Origin: Candidatus Woesearchaeota archaeon
Lineage (GTDB): Archaea; Nanobdellota; Nanobdellia; Pacearchaeales; GW2011-AR1
Reading direction: 5' to 3'
DNA: 64,000 nt
Assembly (NCBI GenBank): GCA_964526265.1
Contig: CAZGIL010000001.1
Span: 8,248 to 72,247 of the forward strand
The stretch's first letter is position 1; the number at the start of each line of letters is the position of its first letter. Positions 47,458 to 57,045 of the stretch are shown piece after piece. Made by a program: the position numbers and the translations under genes. The notes under the pieces are model-generated. The model ran no database searches, was not told the DNA's origin, and saw nothing but the letters and a program-made list of their open reading frames with translations.

Positions 47458-48498
47458 TTAAAGATTTAGGATACGTTTCTTGAAGATTTCGAGGTCTTTT
47501 TTCATAATTCTTCCCCCCGCAGCAGGAATATGTCCCCCCCCATCCGCGTTTTTTAATCCTTTTAACGCATTTTTTAAGAGCAAATTCATATCTTCTCTCT
47601 TAGTTTGATTTCTTGCACTCAAATAAAGCATAACTTTTTCTTTTGGAGAACTCGAAACAATAATAATTATATCATCAGGGTTTTTAGAAGAAATAAGAGT
47701 AGAAATGGTAGAACCAATTTTATATTTTGGTTCAATTTGATAAAAATATAACTTCCTCTCTGGATAAAATTCGGCTAATTTTTTATAATCTCTAACATAC
47801 TTCTGTATTTCTTCTTCAACCTCTCCTCTATGTTTTTTTACCTCTTCAATTTTTCCATCTTTAATCAAATCAAATATTTTTTTCTTATCTTCATCAAAAT
47901 AAATAAGTGCACTATTAATAAAAGCTGCAATTTTACCGGGTTGAGAATTAAAGGCATCATCATAGCTCGTTTCTGGATAATTTTCCTTAACAAAATCAAA
48001 ATTTTCTCTTTTCTTAAACGAAAAATCCGAAATAATTGCCGCGCAAACTAACCATTTCCACTTTTCTTTTAATTTCTCACTAAGAAAACTATAAAGAAGA
48101 AGAGACGAACAATCCGAAGAATCTGTTTTGATTATATTCTTTTTATCTTTTAAATCTGAGTTAACAGGATGATGGTCAATCAAAAAACTATCAAATTTGC
48201 TTCTAAATTTTTCAAATCCCTCCAAATCTGCCAAATCCGCAGCGCAATCCGTAAGAAAAACCTTAGAAACTTTATTCTTTTTTATCTTATAGATAAATTT
48301 ATCGAACATACCAACCCCATAGCTTCCAAATTCAATAAAACTAACTTTTAGTCCCTTACTTTCCAATATTAACTCTAAAAACAATGCAGAAGCAATTCCA
48401 TCCAAATCTGTATGAGTTCGTATAGCAATTTTATCTTCTTCGGTTATTCCATCTAAAAAATCATCAAAATCCTTCTTACTTCCAATCAAATATTCCAT
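47458..48498 (-). CDS. DHH-DHHA1 family phosphoesterase (NrnA/RecJ-core-like), paralogue 1
   Basis: Motif I HTDLDGIAS. DHH motif FLIDHHPVN. DHHA1 GGGHIPAAGG. Confidence 0.7.
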   Translation of the reverse strand: MEYLIGSKKDFDDFLDGITEEDKIAIRTHTDLDGIASALFLELILESKGLKVSFIEFGSYGVGMFDKFIYKIKKNKVSKVFLTDCAADLADLEGFEKFRSKFDSFLIDHHPVNSDLKDKKNIIKTDSSDCSSLLLYSFLSEKLKEKWKWLVCAAIISDFSFKKRENFDFVKENYPETSYDDAFNSQPGKIAAFINSALIYFDEDKKKIFDLIKDGKIEEVKKHRGEVEEEIQKYVRDYKKLAEFYPERKLYFYQIEPKYKIGSTISTLISSKNPDDIIIIVSSSPKEKVMLYLSARNQTKREDMNLLLKNALKGLKNADGGGHIPAAGGRIMKKDLEIFKKRILNL

Positions 48499-48522
48499 AT
48501 AAGAAAAATTATTCTTGTTGTT

Positions 48523-49029
48523 TTAAGCCTTTCCCTTTTCCCAAGTCTCCATCTTCTCGCCCTTCAATTTCCTATCTAAAATCTCTAACTCTTGATAGAT
48601 TCCCTCGATTAAGTCATATTCTTTAGCTTCTTCTAAATCAACCCAAACAAATTCTGTAAGTGCACTACAAAGCCGAACTTCTCCTTTACTTGCATCTGCA
48701 TATAAACTAACAATCAAACACGGAATTTTATCCGGACGAATATAAACCATACTCGTAACATACCCAATATTTTCAATTTCTAATCCCGCCTCCTCTTTGA
48801 CTTCTCTTTTCAACAAATCCTCAAAGATATTATACCAGTGATGAGAAGTGTCTTTTTCTCTTAAAGTATAATCCAAAACCTCGAGTTTTCCTCCCGGAAC
48901 GGTCCATCTATTAGGAAACGCTTTTTCCCATTCCGCCCTCTTACAAATCAGATATTTACCCTCCTTATCCACAAGAATACCAGTAACAACAACATAATGC
49001 ATAAGATTTCTATCAATTTTATCTACCAT
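48523..49029 (-). CDS. NUDIX hydrolase
   Basis: Nudix box GGKLEVLDYTLREKDTSHH...REVKEEAGLEI. Confidence 0.75.
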   Translation of the reverse strand: MVDKIDRNLMHYVVVTGILVDKEGKYLICKRAEWEKAFPNRWTVPGGKLEVLDYTLREKDTSHHWYNIFEDLLKREVKEEAGLEIENIGYVTSMVYIRPDKIPCLIVSLYADASKGEVRLCSALTEFVWVDLEEAKEYDLIEGIYQELEILDRKLKGEKMETWEKGKA

Positions 49030-49081
49030 GGAAAAACTTCATCATAATTATATTTAAATAGTTCCTCAAAAAGTTTGACTT

Positions 49082-49684
49082 ATGGAAAAAAGCATCCTCG
49101 AAACCTTCCTCTACAATCACAAACTCAAATTTAACGAGATTGAAAAACGGGTAAAACAGCGCTCAAATAAACTCGCCTATCATATTAAAAATCTTTTAGA
49201 GAAGGGTATTCTAGAAAAAGAGGGAGAGTATTACCGATTATCCGAAGTTTCAGAGACTCTAATCCCATTTATCTCTAAAAAAACCTCAGTTCTCCCAGTT
49301 ATCCTAATTGCCCTGGAAAAAGACAATAAGATATTTCTCCATCAAAGAAACAAACGCCCATTCAAAGACAAATTCTCTCTTCCCGGAGGAAGACTCATTT
49401 TAGGAGAGACTATTAAAGAAGCAACAAAAAGAATAATGAAAGAAAAGTTTAATATAAATTGTAAATTCAAAAAGACGAATTCAATCTCACTAGAACACGT
49501 AAAAAGAAAAGATAAAACTCTTCACTCTTTCCTCCTCATATTTGTAACGGCGGAAACCAAAGATAAAATAAATTTAATAAATATAGAAAAAAACAAATCA
49601 AAGATTATTACAAGCGATTATAATTTGATAAAAAATAATCTTAATAAAAAGATAGGTATTGAAGAGTTAATCACCAAAATTTAA
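49082..49684 (+). CDS. Winged-helix plus NUDIX-like domain protein (Nudix box degenerate; possible regulator)
   Basis: N-terminal wHTH (FNEIEKRVKQRSNKLAYHIKNLLEKGILEKEGEYYRL). C-terminal PGGRLILGETIKEATKRIMKEKF has the Nudix fold pattern but lacks the REx2EE catalytic glutamates. Confidence 0.45.
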   Translation: MEKSILETFLYNHKLKFNEIEKRVKQRSNKLAYHIKNLLEKGILEKEGEYYRLSEVSETLIPFISKKTSVLPVILIALEKDNKIFLHQRNKRPFKDKFSLPGGRLILGETIKEATKRIMKEKFNINCKFKKTNSISLEHVKRKDKTLHSFLLIFVTAETKDKINLINIEKNKSKIITSDYNLIKNNLNKKIGIEELITKI

Positions 49685-50955
49685 ATCTTTTCAAAAGCTC
49701 TCGCAATCTGAAGCATCTTTTCGTCTTTAAATCTATCGCACATTATCTGCATTCCAACCGGGATTCCTTCAATCTTTCCTGCCGGGATAGAAATTGCACA
49801 ATTTCCTGCAAGATTGGCGGGCACAGTAAGAACATCGTAAGAGTACATATCCTCAACAGAAATTTTGCTTCCTATCTTATGGGGCAGTCTTGGAACTGTG
49901 GGAGAGATTATACAATCAACTTTTTTAAATGCCTTAGAAAACTCTTCCTCAATTAACTTCTTTGCTTTAAGTGCACGATGGTAGTATCTTCCGGCATATT
50001 CCGCTTTAGAAATTTCACTCCCCCCCAAAATTCTTCTTAGAACTTCTGGCCCAGCAAACTCCTCAATCTTTTTACCATAACGCCTTCCATCAAACTTTCT
50101 TGTTCCAGAAAAAAACTCAACATATACAAGAGGATAGTAAATTTCAATTGCTAAATCAATATAAGGAATTTTTATTTTCTTAACCATCCACCCATACTTC
50201 CTAGCTGCCATCTCAACCTTTTTATTAATAACCTCCGCAATCTTTTTATCTGAAATTTTATAGTCTAGTAATCCAATAGTAATATTTTTAGGAATTTTTT
50301 CTACCTCTTTCAAATCAATTTTTTTACTTTCTTGTGATATTGAATCTTTGTCGTCTTTCCCTTGTATAACACTTAACAACAAAGCCGCATCAGAAACATT
50401 TTTTGCAAGAGGTCCAATCTGATCAAGACTCATAGACAAATCAATCAATCCATATCTGCTTACAGAAGAATAACTTGGTTTAACCCCCACAACACCACAA
50501 TGAGATGCCGGATTTCTTATGCTTCCCCCAGTATCACTTCCCAAAGCAAAATCACAAAAATCTGCCGCAACAGCGGAAGCACTTCCAGAAGAACTTCCTC
50601 CAGGAATTAATCCCGGAGCAGCAGGATTAAAAGTTGGGTTAAAAGCAGAAGTCTCCCCACTCCCCCCACACGCAAACTCATCCATATTAGTCATTCCGAT
50701 AATTATTCCCCCCTCATCTTTAATTTTTTTAATAACCGTAGCATCGTAGGGAGCTTTATAGTTTTCCAAAGTTTTAGATGCACAAGAAGTATTCATCCCC
50801 TTAACATTTATATTCGCCTTAACCGCAATAACTTTTCCGGCTAACTTGCCTTTTCCAGAACCCTTTGCATTTTCGTCTATCTGCAAAAAAGCATTTATCT
50901 TTTTATTCTCTTTTTTTATTTTATCTAGATAATTTTTAACACTCATTCTCTCCAA
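49681..50955 (-). CDS. gatA: Glutamyl/aspartyl-tRNA amidotransferase subunit A (amidase)
   Basis: Amidase signature GGSSSGSASAVAA. The catalytic Ser-cisSer-Lys region is conserved. Confidence 0.85.
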   Translation of the reverse strand: MERMSVKNYLDKIKKENKKINAFLQIDENAKGSGKGKLAGKVIAVKANINVKGMNTSCASKTLENYKAPYDATVIKKIKDEGGIIIGMTNMDEFACGGSGETSAFNPTFNPAAPGLIPGGSSSGSASAVAADFCDFALGSDTGGSIRNPASHCGVVGVKPSYSSVSRYGLIDLSMSLDQIGPLAKNVSDAALLLSVIQGKDDKDSISQESKKIDLKEVEKIPKNITIGLLDYKISDKKIAEVINKKVEMAARKYGWMVKKIKIPYIDLAIEIYYPLVYVEFFSGTRKFDGRRYGKKIEEFAGPEVLRRILGGSEISKAEYAGRYYHRALKAKKLIEEEFSKAFKKVDCIISPTVPRLPHKIGSKISVEDMYSYDVLTVPANLAGNCAISIPAGKIEGIPVGMQIMCDRFKDEKMLQIARAFEKI

Positions 50956-51248
50956 CCCCCCTTCTCCGCAATTATAAAATCTGCATTCTTGCCGGGAGCA
51001 TTCCCAAACATAATTTCCCTACTGGTACCCTTTAGGGTACTTGTGCCCCCTAGGGGATCAATCTCGTAACAATCACATTCAGAACTCTCCTCTCTCTCAC
51101 AATTCTTCCTTTCAATGGTGGGCTCTTTCATTTCTTTGTCAACTTTAGAAAGCTTCTCAGAAAAAGAGTCCATAATACATTTTGCCTGCTTCTTAATCTC
51201 TTCTCTTTCTTTATCAGAAACCTCATGAAATAGGAAATTATCTGCCAT
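50943..51248 (-). CDS. gatC: Probable amidotransferase subunit C (GatC)
   Basis: ~100 aa. 13-nt overlap with the gatA start. C-terminal FGNAPGKNADFIIAE resembles the GatC NAP...F.VP box. An unusual Cys/Glu-rich insert is also present. Confidence 0.5.
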   Translation of the reverse strand: MADNFLFHEVSDKEREEIKKQAKCIMDSFSEKLSKVDKEMKEPTIERKNCEREESSECDCYEIDPLGGTSTLKGTSREIMFGNAPGKNADFIIAEKGGWRE

Positions 51249-51278
51249 TAGAATCAGAAGAATGCCGTATTTATAAGA

Positions 51279-52082
51279 TTAATCTATATTTAAAATAAAA
51301 TAATCCCCCGAAGAACCAACATTAATAACTTCGGTTTTACTCACCTTCTTCTTTCCTTTCCCCTCATGAATATGCCCGCAAACAACATATCTCGGAGGAT
51401 ATTTTTTTATATAATTTAAAATAGCCTTGCTTCCTGCATGCTTCCCAATCCAATCTTTCGGGGCTCCCTTAAAACTAACTTTATCCAGAACCCCCCAGGG
51501 GGGCTGATGGCATAATAAAATGTCTAAACCTTTTCCAAATCCGTTTAAAATCCTTTTAGCCTTTTCTGTTTCTTCTCTTGCTTTTTTAAACCTCTCTGAA
51601 TATGGTTTTGGTTTAAATTCCTTAACCCAGGAAACATCACTAAAATATTCCAACCCCCCAATTCTTATCCCATTAAAATTAGCAAGGCGATTATTAATAA
51701 TTCGAACTCTTTTCATAGGAGTTAATCTGTTATACAAAAAGGGAAGTTCAAGGCCTATTTCTCTTGATTGTTCACGAGTATCTTCATTAGAACTCTCAAC
51801 ATTTCCAAAAATAACATAAACTGGAGCAACTCCCCTAAGATAATTAATAATTCTCAGAGAACTTTCATAGGCTTCAAGAAATGTCTGTTTCTTTTTCTTA
51901 GCAGAATATTCAATTTCAGGCAAGCCATTTTTTCTTCGAGTATGATTTTCAAAAGCCATCTTTTGCATCAAATCGGCTTTTCCAATATCCCCGGTTACAA
52001 GAATTAAATCCGTTCCACTTAGAGGAATCTGTTTCGCTTTTGAAAGGGCTCCATGCGGATCACCGATAACAACAATCTTCAT
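51279..52082 (-). CDS. Calcineurin-like metallophosphoesterase
   Basis: IVVIGDPHG, LVTGDIG, GNVE and C-terminal GHIHEG motifs. Confidence 0.7.
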   Translation of the reverse strand: MKIVVIGDPHGALSKAKQIPLSGTDLILVTGDIGKADLMQKMAFENHTRRKNGLPEIEYSAKKKKQTFLEAYESSLRIINYLRGVAPVYVIFGNVESSNEDTREQSREIGLELPFLYNRLTPMKRVRIINNRLANFNGIRIGGLEYFSDVSWVKEFKPKPYSERFKKAREETEKAKRILNGFGKGLDILLCHQPPWGVLDKVSFKGAPKDWIGKHAGSKAILNYIKKYPPRYVVCGHIHEGKGKKKVSKTEVINVGSSGDYFILNID

Positions 52083-52317
52083 AAATAAAAAAGAAAGAAA
52101 TAGTATATAAAATTAATTAAAAAACAAATTATTACTATTCAGAATCTTCGTCACCAGATTCTTCAACTACATCATCATCAGATGATCCATCATTCATTTC
52201 ATCTTCAGTTGAAGTTTCCTCTTCACTAGTTTCGTCTTCTTCCATGGCATTTTCCTCCTTACATTAGAATAAATTGTAAGAGAACAAATCGTTTTTAAAC
52301 GTTTCTATTAGCAAGGA

Positions 52318-53595
52318 TTAGGGTGTTAGCCTATCTCTATCTCTTGGAAACATCGTTGCTTCCTTGACATTGTCCAACCCGCAGATAACCTGAGTTAATC
52401 TTTCAAGTCCAATACTCCAACCAGAATGAGGAGGCGCTCCATATCTAAAACTATCAATATACTCCTTGAAATCTTTAGGATTAAGTTTCTTCTCTTTTAA
52501 TTTTTTAATTAATAATTCCGGAAGATGTATTCTTTGTCCACCAGAAGAAATTTCAACACCCCCATAAAGTGTATCAAATCCGTAACTAAATTTAGATTTT
52601 GCATCTTCGTTTTCAGGCATAATGTAAAACGGCTTTGCCTCCGCCGGCCATGAGTGAGTAAAGACAATAGAATCTTTATGCATCTCACAAAGTTTCTTTT
52701 CTTGTTCGGGAGAGAAATCATCTCCAACCTTGCCTCCAACTTTCTTAATTGCATCAGAATAACTTAAATAAACAACTTTGGGAACTTTCAAATTTACACC
52801 CAAAATCTCTAACTCTTTCTTACAATTTTTTATTACCCTCTCAACAACGTCCTGAACACTTTCAGCAAGATGTTTCATGACATCTTCCTGATTCGCAAAA
52901 GCCATTTCAATATCCATCTGTCTTATTTCATTTATATGTCGAGTAGTGTTGTGTTTCTCGGCTCTCCATACGGGGGTTATCATAAATGTTTTTTCCATTG
53001 AACATGCAACCATTTGTTTATAGAGTTGGGGAGACTGAGCTAGATATGCTGACTTTTCAAAATACTTTACTGGAAATAAATCCGTTCCCCCCTCGGAAGA
53101 TGCACTAATAATACATGGGGGTTGCATCTCGATAAATCCCTTTTTATAAAAATGTTCCCTAAATGCATTTGCAATTTCATTCTGAATTTTAAAAATCGCT
53201 TGTGTTCTTATCCGATGAAAATCCATAAATCGGTAATCCAACCTCTTAGGTAATTCCGTCTTAGAATAATCCGAAACATCTATCGGAAGTGGCTGTTCCG
53301 CTTCTGCAAGAACTTTAAGCTTTTCTGGATTAATCTCATATCCTCCCGGAGCCTGTTTGGAAAAAACAACTTTCCCTTCAACCTCAACAACGCTCTCTCT
53401 TGGAATTTTATCGAGAATTTCAAAAATCTTCTCAGGAGTTTTGCCTTTTATTCCCGTAACCTGTATTTTACCAGAAATATCCCTCAAAACAAGAAATCTT
53501 ACTTTGCTTAAATCTCGGGAATCATGAACCCATCCCTTTACAAGTACCTTTTCTTTCTTCCCTTTCAAAACTTCTTCGATGTAATCTCTTTCCAT
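52318..53595 (-). CDS. aspS: Aspartyl-tRNA synthetase, archaeal type (probably non-discriminating given adjacent gatB)
   Basis: N-terminal OB anticodon-binding domain (VKGWVHDSRDLSKVRFLVLRD). Class II motifs 1-3 (FMITPV, FYIMPENE, GGVEISSGGQRIH...GAPPHSGWSIGLERL). Confidence 0.85.
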   Translation of the reverse strand: MERDYIEEVLKGKKEKVLVKGWVHDSRDLSKVRFLVLRDISGKIQVTGIKGKTPEKIFEILDKIPRESVVEVEGKVVFSKQAPGGYEINPEKLKVLAEAEQPLPIDVSDYSKTELPKRLDYRFMDFHRIRTQAIFKIQNEIANAFREHFYKKGFIEMQPPCIISASSEGGTDLFPVKYFEKSAYLAQSPQLYKQMVACSMEKTFMITPVWRAEKHNTTRHINEIRQMDIEMAFANQEDVMKHLAESVQDVVERVIKNCKKELEILGVNLKVPKVVYLSYSDAIKKVGGKVGDDFSPEQEKKLCEMHKDSIVFTHSWPAEAKPFYIMPENEDAKSKFSYGFDTLYGGVEISSGGQRIHLPELLIKKLKEKKLNPKDFKEYIDSFRYGAPPHSGWSIGLERLTQVICGLDNVKEATMFPRDRDRLTP

Positions 53596-53603
53596 ATTAA
53601 TTT

Positions 53604-55043
53604 CTATTTAAGGTACTTTTTAATAATTTCTATGGCCTCTTTTCCAGAAACTTTACCTTTAAATTCCTTCATTACGAGTCCCATATACGCATTTTCATTT
53701 AATCCCGGCTTTTCTTTAATAGATTTCATAACAAACTCTTCAACCTTATCTAAATCGATACTTTCAAATTTAACCGCATTTTCAATTTCTTCTCCACTAA
53801 CAATTCTTTCTAAAACCTGTTTAATTTGACTTTCAGAGATTTTCTTTTTGACATAATTCTCAAGAACGAAAGCCAAAACCTCCTTGTTTAATCTTTTCTC
53901 TACATCCTCTATCTTTTTTCCTTCATGAGAAGCAATCTCTTTAGGAAGTACAAATAAAACCTTTCCGGTTAAGGAAGGATTCTTGGTAATTGCTTGAAGC
54001 TCCCTAAACTCTTCAAGCCTTCCTTTTTTAAAGATAGCTTTTATTATTTCCTCGCTTAATCCTTCCTTTCTCAATTCCTCTTCAATAACACTCTTAAGCT
54101 TAGGAAGATTTTTCTTAACTTCATTAGTCCTCTCTCTAGAAATTCTCAACAAAGGCAAATCTGTTTCAGGGTACATCCTCGCAGCCCCGGGCATAGGACG
54201 AAGAAACTCCGAACTTCCATCCGGAAGAACGTTTCTTACCTCATTCACACTCTTTCCCTTTCCAACCAATTCAATCTGCCTTACAACTTCTTTTTCAATA
54301 GCAACCTCGAGATTTCTTATATCTTGAAATCCTTTCATTTCAATTCTCTTTCCCCCTTTAATAGATAAATTAACATCCTGTCTTATTGTTCCAATTCCTC
54401 TTTTAACCTTGCAACTTCTCAGAATATCTCCAAGATGCAACGCAACTTCCTTTGCTTGTTCTGGATTTTTAATATCCGGAGAGGTAGTAATTTCAACTAA
54501 CGGAATTCCCAATCTATCAAGTCTATAAACTTCCTTCTCTTTTTCTCTCTCAATTATTCTTGCCGCATCTTCTTCTAATCCCACAGACTCGATTCCAACT
54601 CTTCCTGCAGTTGTTTCAACATAACCATCAACCGCAATCAATACCGTTCTCTGAAACCCAGAAGTATTACTTCCGTCAATAACCGTCTTTCTCATTATTT
54701 GAGTAATTGGTAATATTCTACAATTCAAAAGAATTGCAATTTGAAGAGAAATATCTAGTGCTTCCGGATTAATCTGATGTGGAGGTTCTTCATCCAACTC
54801 AACCAAACAAGTAGAGTCGTAACCCTGATAATAAAATTTCTTTCCGAGTTTGGACTGATACTCCGCAGCAACATCTACCTTTCCACTTTCTCCTGCAACA
54901 GCATGAAGTTTTCTTTCAATAACAAAATCCGGAGTATCTTGACGAAGAACAGAAGGACAATTACAAAATAACTTCTTTGTATCGAGCTGTTGGTGTATTT
55001 CTAATCCTGACTTAAAACCCAATTCAGAGTGATTAATTTCCAT
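53604..55043 (-). CDS. gatB: Asp/Glu-tRNA amidotransferase subunit B
   Basis: The N-terminus GLEIHQQLDTKKLFCNCPS is the GatB/E signature. ~480 aa, GatB length. C-terminal YqeY-like tail. Confidence 0.8.
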   Translation of the reverse strand: MEINHSELGFKSGLEIHQQLDTKKLFCNCPSVLRQDTPDFVIERKLHAVAGESGKVDVAAEYQSKLGKKFYYQGYDSTCLVELDEEPPHQINPEALDISLQIAILLNCRILPITQIMRKTVIDGSNTSGFQRTVLIAVDGYVETTAGRVGIESVGLEEDAARIIEREKEKEVYRLDRLGIPLVEITTSPDIKNPEQAKEVALHLGDILRSCKVKRGIGTIRQDVNLSIKGGKRIEMKGFQDIRNLEVAIEKEVVRQIELVGKGKSVNEVRNVLPDGSSEFLRPMPGAARMYPETDLPLLRISRERTNEVKKNLPKLKSVIEEELRKEGLSEEIIKAIFKKGRLEEFRELQAITKNPSLTGKVLFVLPKEIASHEGKKIEDVEKRLNKEVLAFVLENYVKKKISESQIKQVLERIVSGEEIENAVKFESIDLDKVEEFVMKSIKEKPGLNENAYMGLVMKEFKGKVSGKEAIEIIKKYLK

Positions 55044-55146
55044 AAAAGAGATAAATAAAAAAGAGTTTTTATAGTTAGTGTTCCAAAAAAGTAAAAATTA
55101 TCCCGAGAACAAAAACTTTATAACCATTAGATACTAAAACTAATTT

Positions 55147-55527
55147 ATGATAAAAGAGGAGAATAAACACCCAGTTAATACTAAAAATTTAACTTTCGGA
55201 CAAAGGGCTGCAGACAAACTTACTAGCTTTGCGGGAAGTTGGACTTTCATAACCATGTTTTTTATGGTCATCTTAATTTGGACGGTAATAAACAGCTATT
55301 GGATAGTTTTCGGAAGAAACTGGGACCCATATCCGTTTATTCTTCTAAATTTGGTTCTTTCCTGTCTTGCCGCAATACAAGCTCCAATAATTCTAATGTC
55401 TCAAAACCGTGAAGCACAGAGAGACAGGATACGTTCCGAATATGACTATAAGGTTAATAGAAAAGCCGAAAAGGGAATAGAAGAGGTAAAAAAACAATTA
55501 AACAGAATTGAGAAAAAAATTAGATGA
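55147..55527 (+). CDS. DUF1003-family membrane protein
   Basis: FGQRAADKLTSFAGSWTFI...two TM helices...MSQNREAQRDRIRSEYDYKVN matches the DUF1003 pattern. Confidence 0.55.
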   Translation: MIKEENKHPVNTKNLTFGQRAADKLTSFAGSWTFITMFFMVILIWTVINSYWIVFGRNWDPYPFILLNLVLSCLAAIQAPIILMSQNREAQRDRIRSEYDYKVNRKAEKGIEEVKKQLNRIEKKIR

Positions 55528-55838
55528 AAAGGGGCTCACATTATTTAAGAAAAAGGGTAATCGCAAAAAATCCTTCAGTTTCAACAAAGATACTTGATAA
55601 AATTGTTCTCATAATCGCCTTCCTCGCCCCCCTTGTCGAAATTCCACAACTACTAGAAATTTACGTAAACAAAGCCGCTCAAAATGTCTCGATAATAACG
55701 TGGGGGATGTTTGTAATTTTTGGAATTCCGTGGTTATTCTATGGGATAGTTCACAAAGAAAAACCAATAATAATTCTTTATACATTATGGATAATCATTG
55801 ATTCTTTGATTGTTATTGGAATAATTATGTATGGATAA
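55524..55838 (+). CDS. Small three-TM membrane protein (hypothetical)
   Basis: 104 aa. Overlaps the upstream gene by 4 nt. Confidence 0.3.
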   Translation: MKRGSHYLRKRVIAKNPSVSTKILDKIVLIIAFLAPLVEIPQLLEIYVNKAAQNVSIITWGMFVIFGIPWLFYGIVHKEKPIIILYTLWIIIDSLIVIGIIMYG

Positions 55839-55983
55839 AATTTAATTATTCTTCAATCCTATCGTTAAACTCACCGACGAAATTAACCAACATTTTTTCT
55901 TTAATAATTTGATTCTCTAATTTAAATGTTACCACAAACCCATTAATACTAATATTTAAATATAAGGTAATATATAATTATAT

Positions 55984-57045
55984 ATGATCAAAATAAAAGG
56001 AAAGATAAAAAACTGCAGAACAACAAAACTCCTGATTATCCATAGTAAAAAACTTTCAGAAAAGATCATCGAAATAGGAAACAAAATTAACATTCAAAAT
56101 TTTAAAGAGGGATTAATTCTAGACCCAAAAGGAGATACCCACGTAACTATCGCCGCAGATAAAAGACTTCAAATAGCAATAACTAAACTAGTAAAAAAAG
56201 GAAGAATAGAATTAAATAATCAAACAGTAATTCCTATTTACTTGGACGAATCAAAGTGGAAAATTTCAAAAAATGATATACTAAAAAAGAGTATTGGTGA
56301 CCCTAGTTCCGAAATTACTCCAGAAGATTTGACTCGTAAAAATGCTGCATTGTCCAAAAGAGGAGGAAAATATTATTTAGATATAAGTTCAAAGGCCTTG
56401 TATGGACTTGTTAAGAAAAATAGAATAAAATGTTTATTAAATAAAAATAAAGGTGAGATGATTATCATAAGATCTGATGAGATTAATGCAAGGAAATTAA
56501 CCCCCCACAGCAAAAAGAGAGTTCAGATTGTGATACCAAAAAAAATACTTAATAAGGGAGAAAGAAATAAATTAGAGAAAAAAGCGTGGATTCCAATTAT
56601 TCTTAAATTAAATTTGAATTCATTCGGGTTAGAAATAAATGATTTTTACTCGATAAAAGAAGAAAAAGAATTAGTAGGATATTTAATAAAAAATAAAGTT
56701 AAAATAAAGGTAAAAGAACCATCTGATCCCTATGATATTCTACTCGAGGAAAACATTGGTATAGAGATTCATAATTCCATTCCCCATCCTTCTGATTTAA
56801 TTACAAGACATAGGGTAAAACCCGCATTAGTAAGAGTAAGAATATTAGAAGCGGACTTTTTAGTAAGAAAGGGGGATTTAAATAAATTTTTTGTAATAAT
56901 AAATGAAAAATGGAAAGAAGGAAAATATATCCAAGAGGTTATAAGAAAAGTTACAAAAAAAGTTATAGTAATCTTTACTAATTTCGAGAAAGGGTGGGAA
57001 AACGATATTGGAGATAAAATTATTACTCTTCTAAACGATTATTAA
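55984..57045 (+). CDS. Orphan Lys/Ile/Asn-rich protein of unknown function (353 aa) in an extremely AT-rich segment
   Basis: Long uninterrupted ORF. No motif recognised. Its 3' end overlaps the convergent gatD 3' end by 23 nt. Confidence 0.3.
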   Translation: MIKIKGKIKNCRTTKLLIIHSKKLSEKIIEIGNKINIQNFKEGLILDPKGDTHVTIAADKRLQIAITKLVKKGRIELNNQTVIPIYLDESKWKISKNDILKKSIGDPSSEITPEDLTRKNAALSKRGGKYYLDISSKALYGLVKKNRIKCLLNKNKGEMIIIRSDEINARKLTPHSKKRVQIVIPKKILNKGERNKLEKKAWIPIILKLNLNSFGLEINDFYSIKEEKELVGYLIKNKVKIKVKEPSDPYDILLEENIGIEIHNSIPHPSDLITRHRVKPALVRVRILEADFLVRKGDLNKFFVIINEKWKEGKYIQEVIRKVTKKVIVIFTNFEKGWENDIGDKIITLLNDY

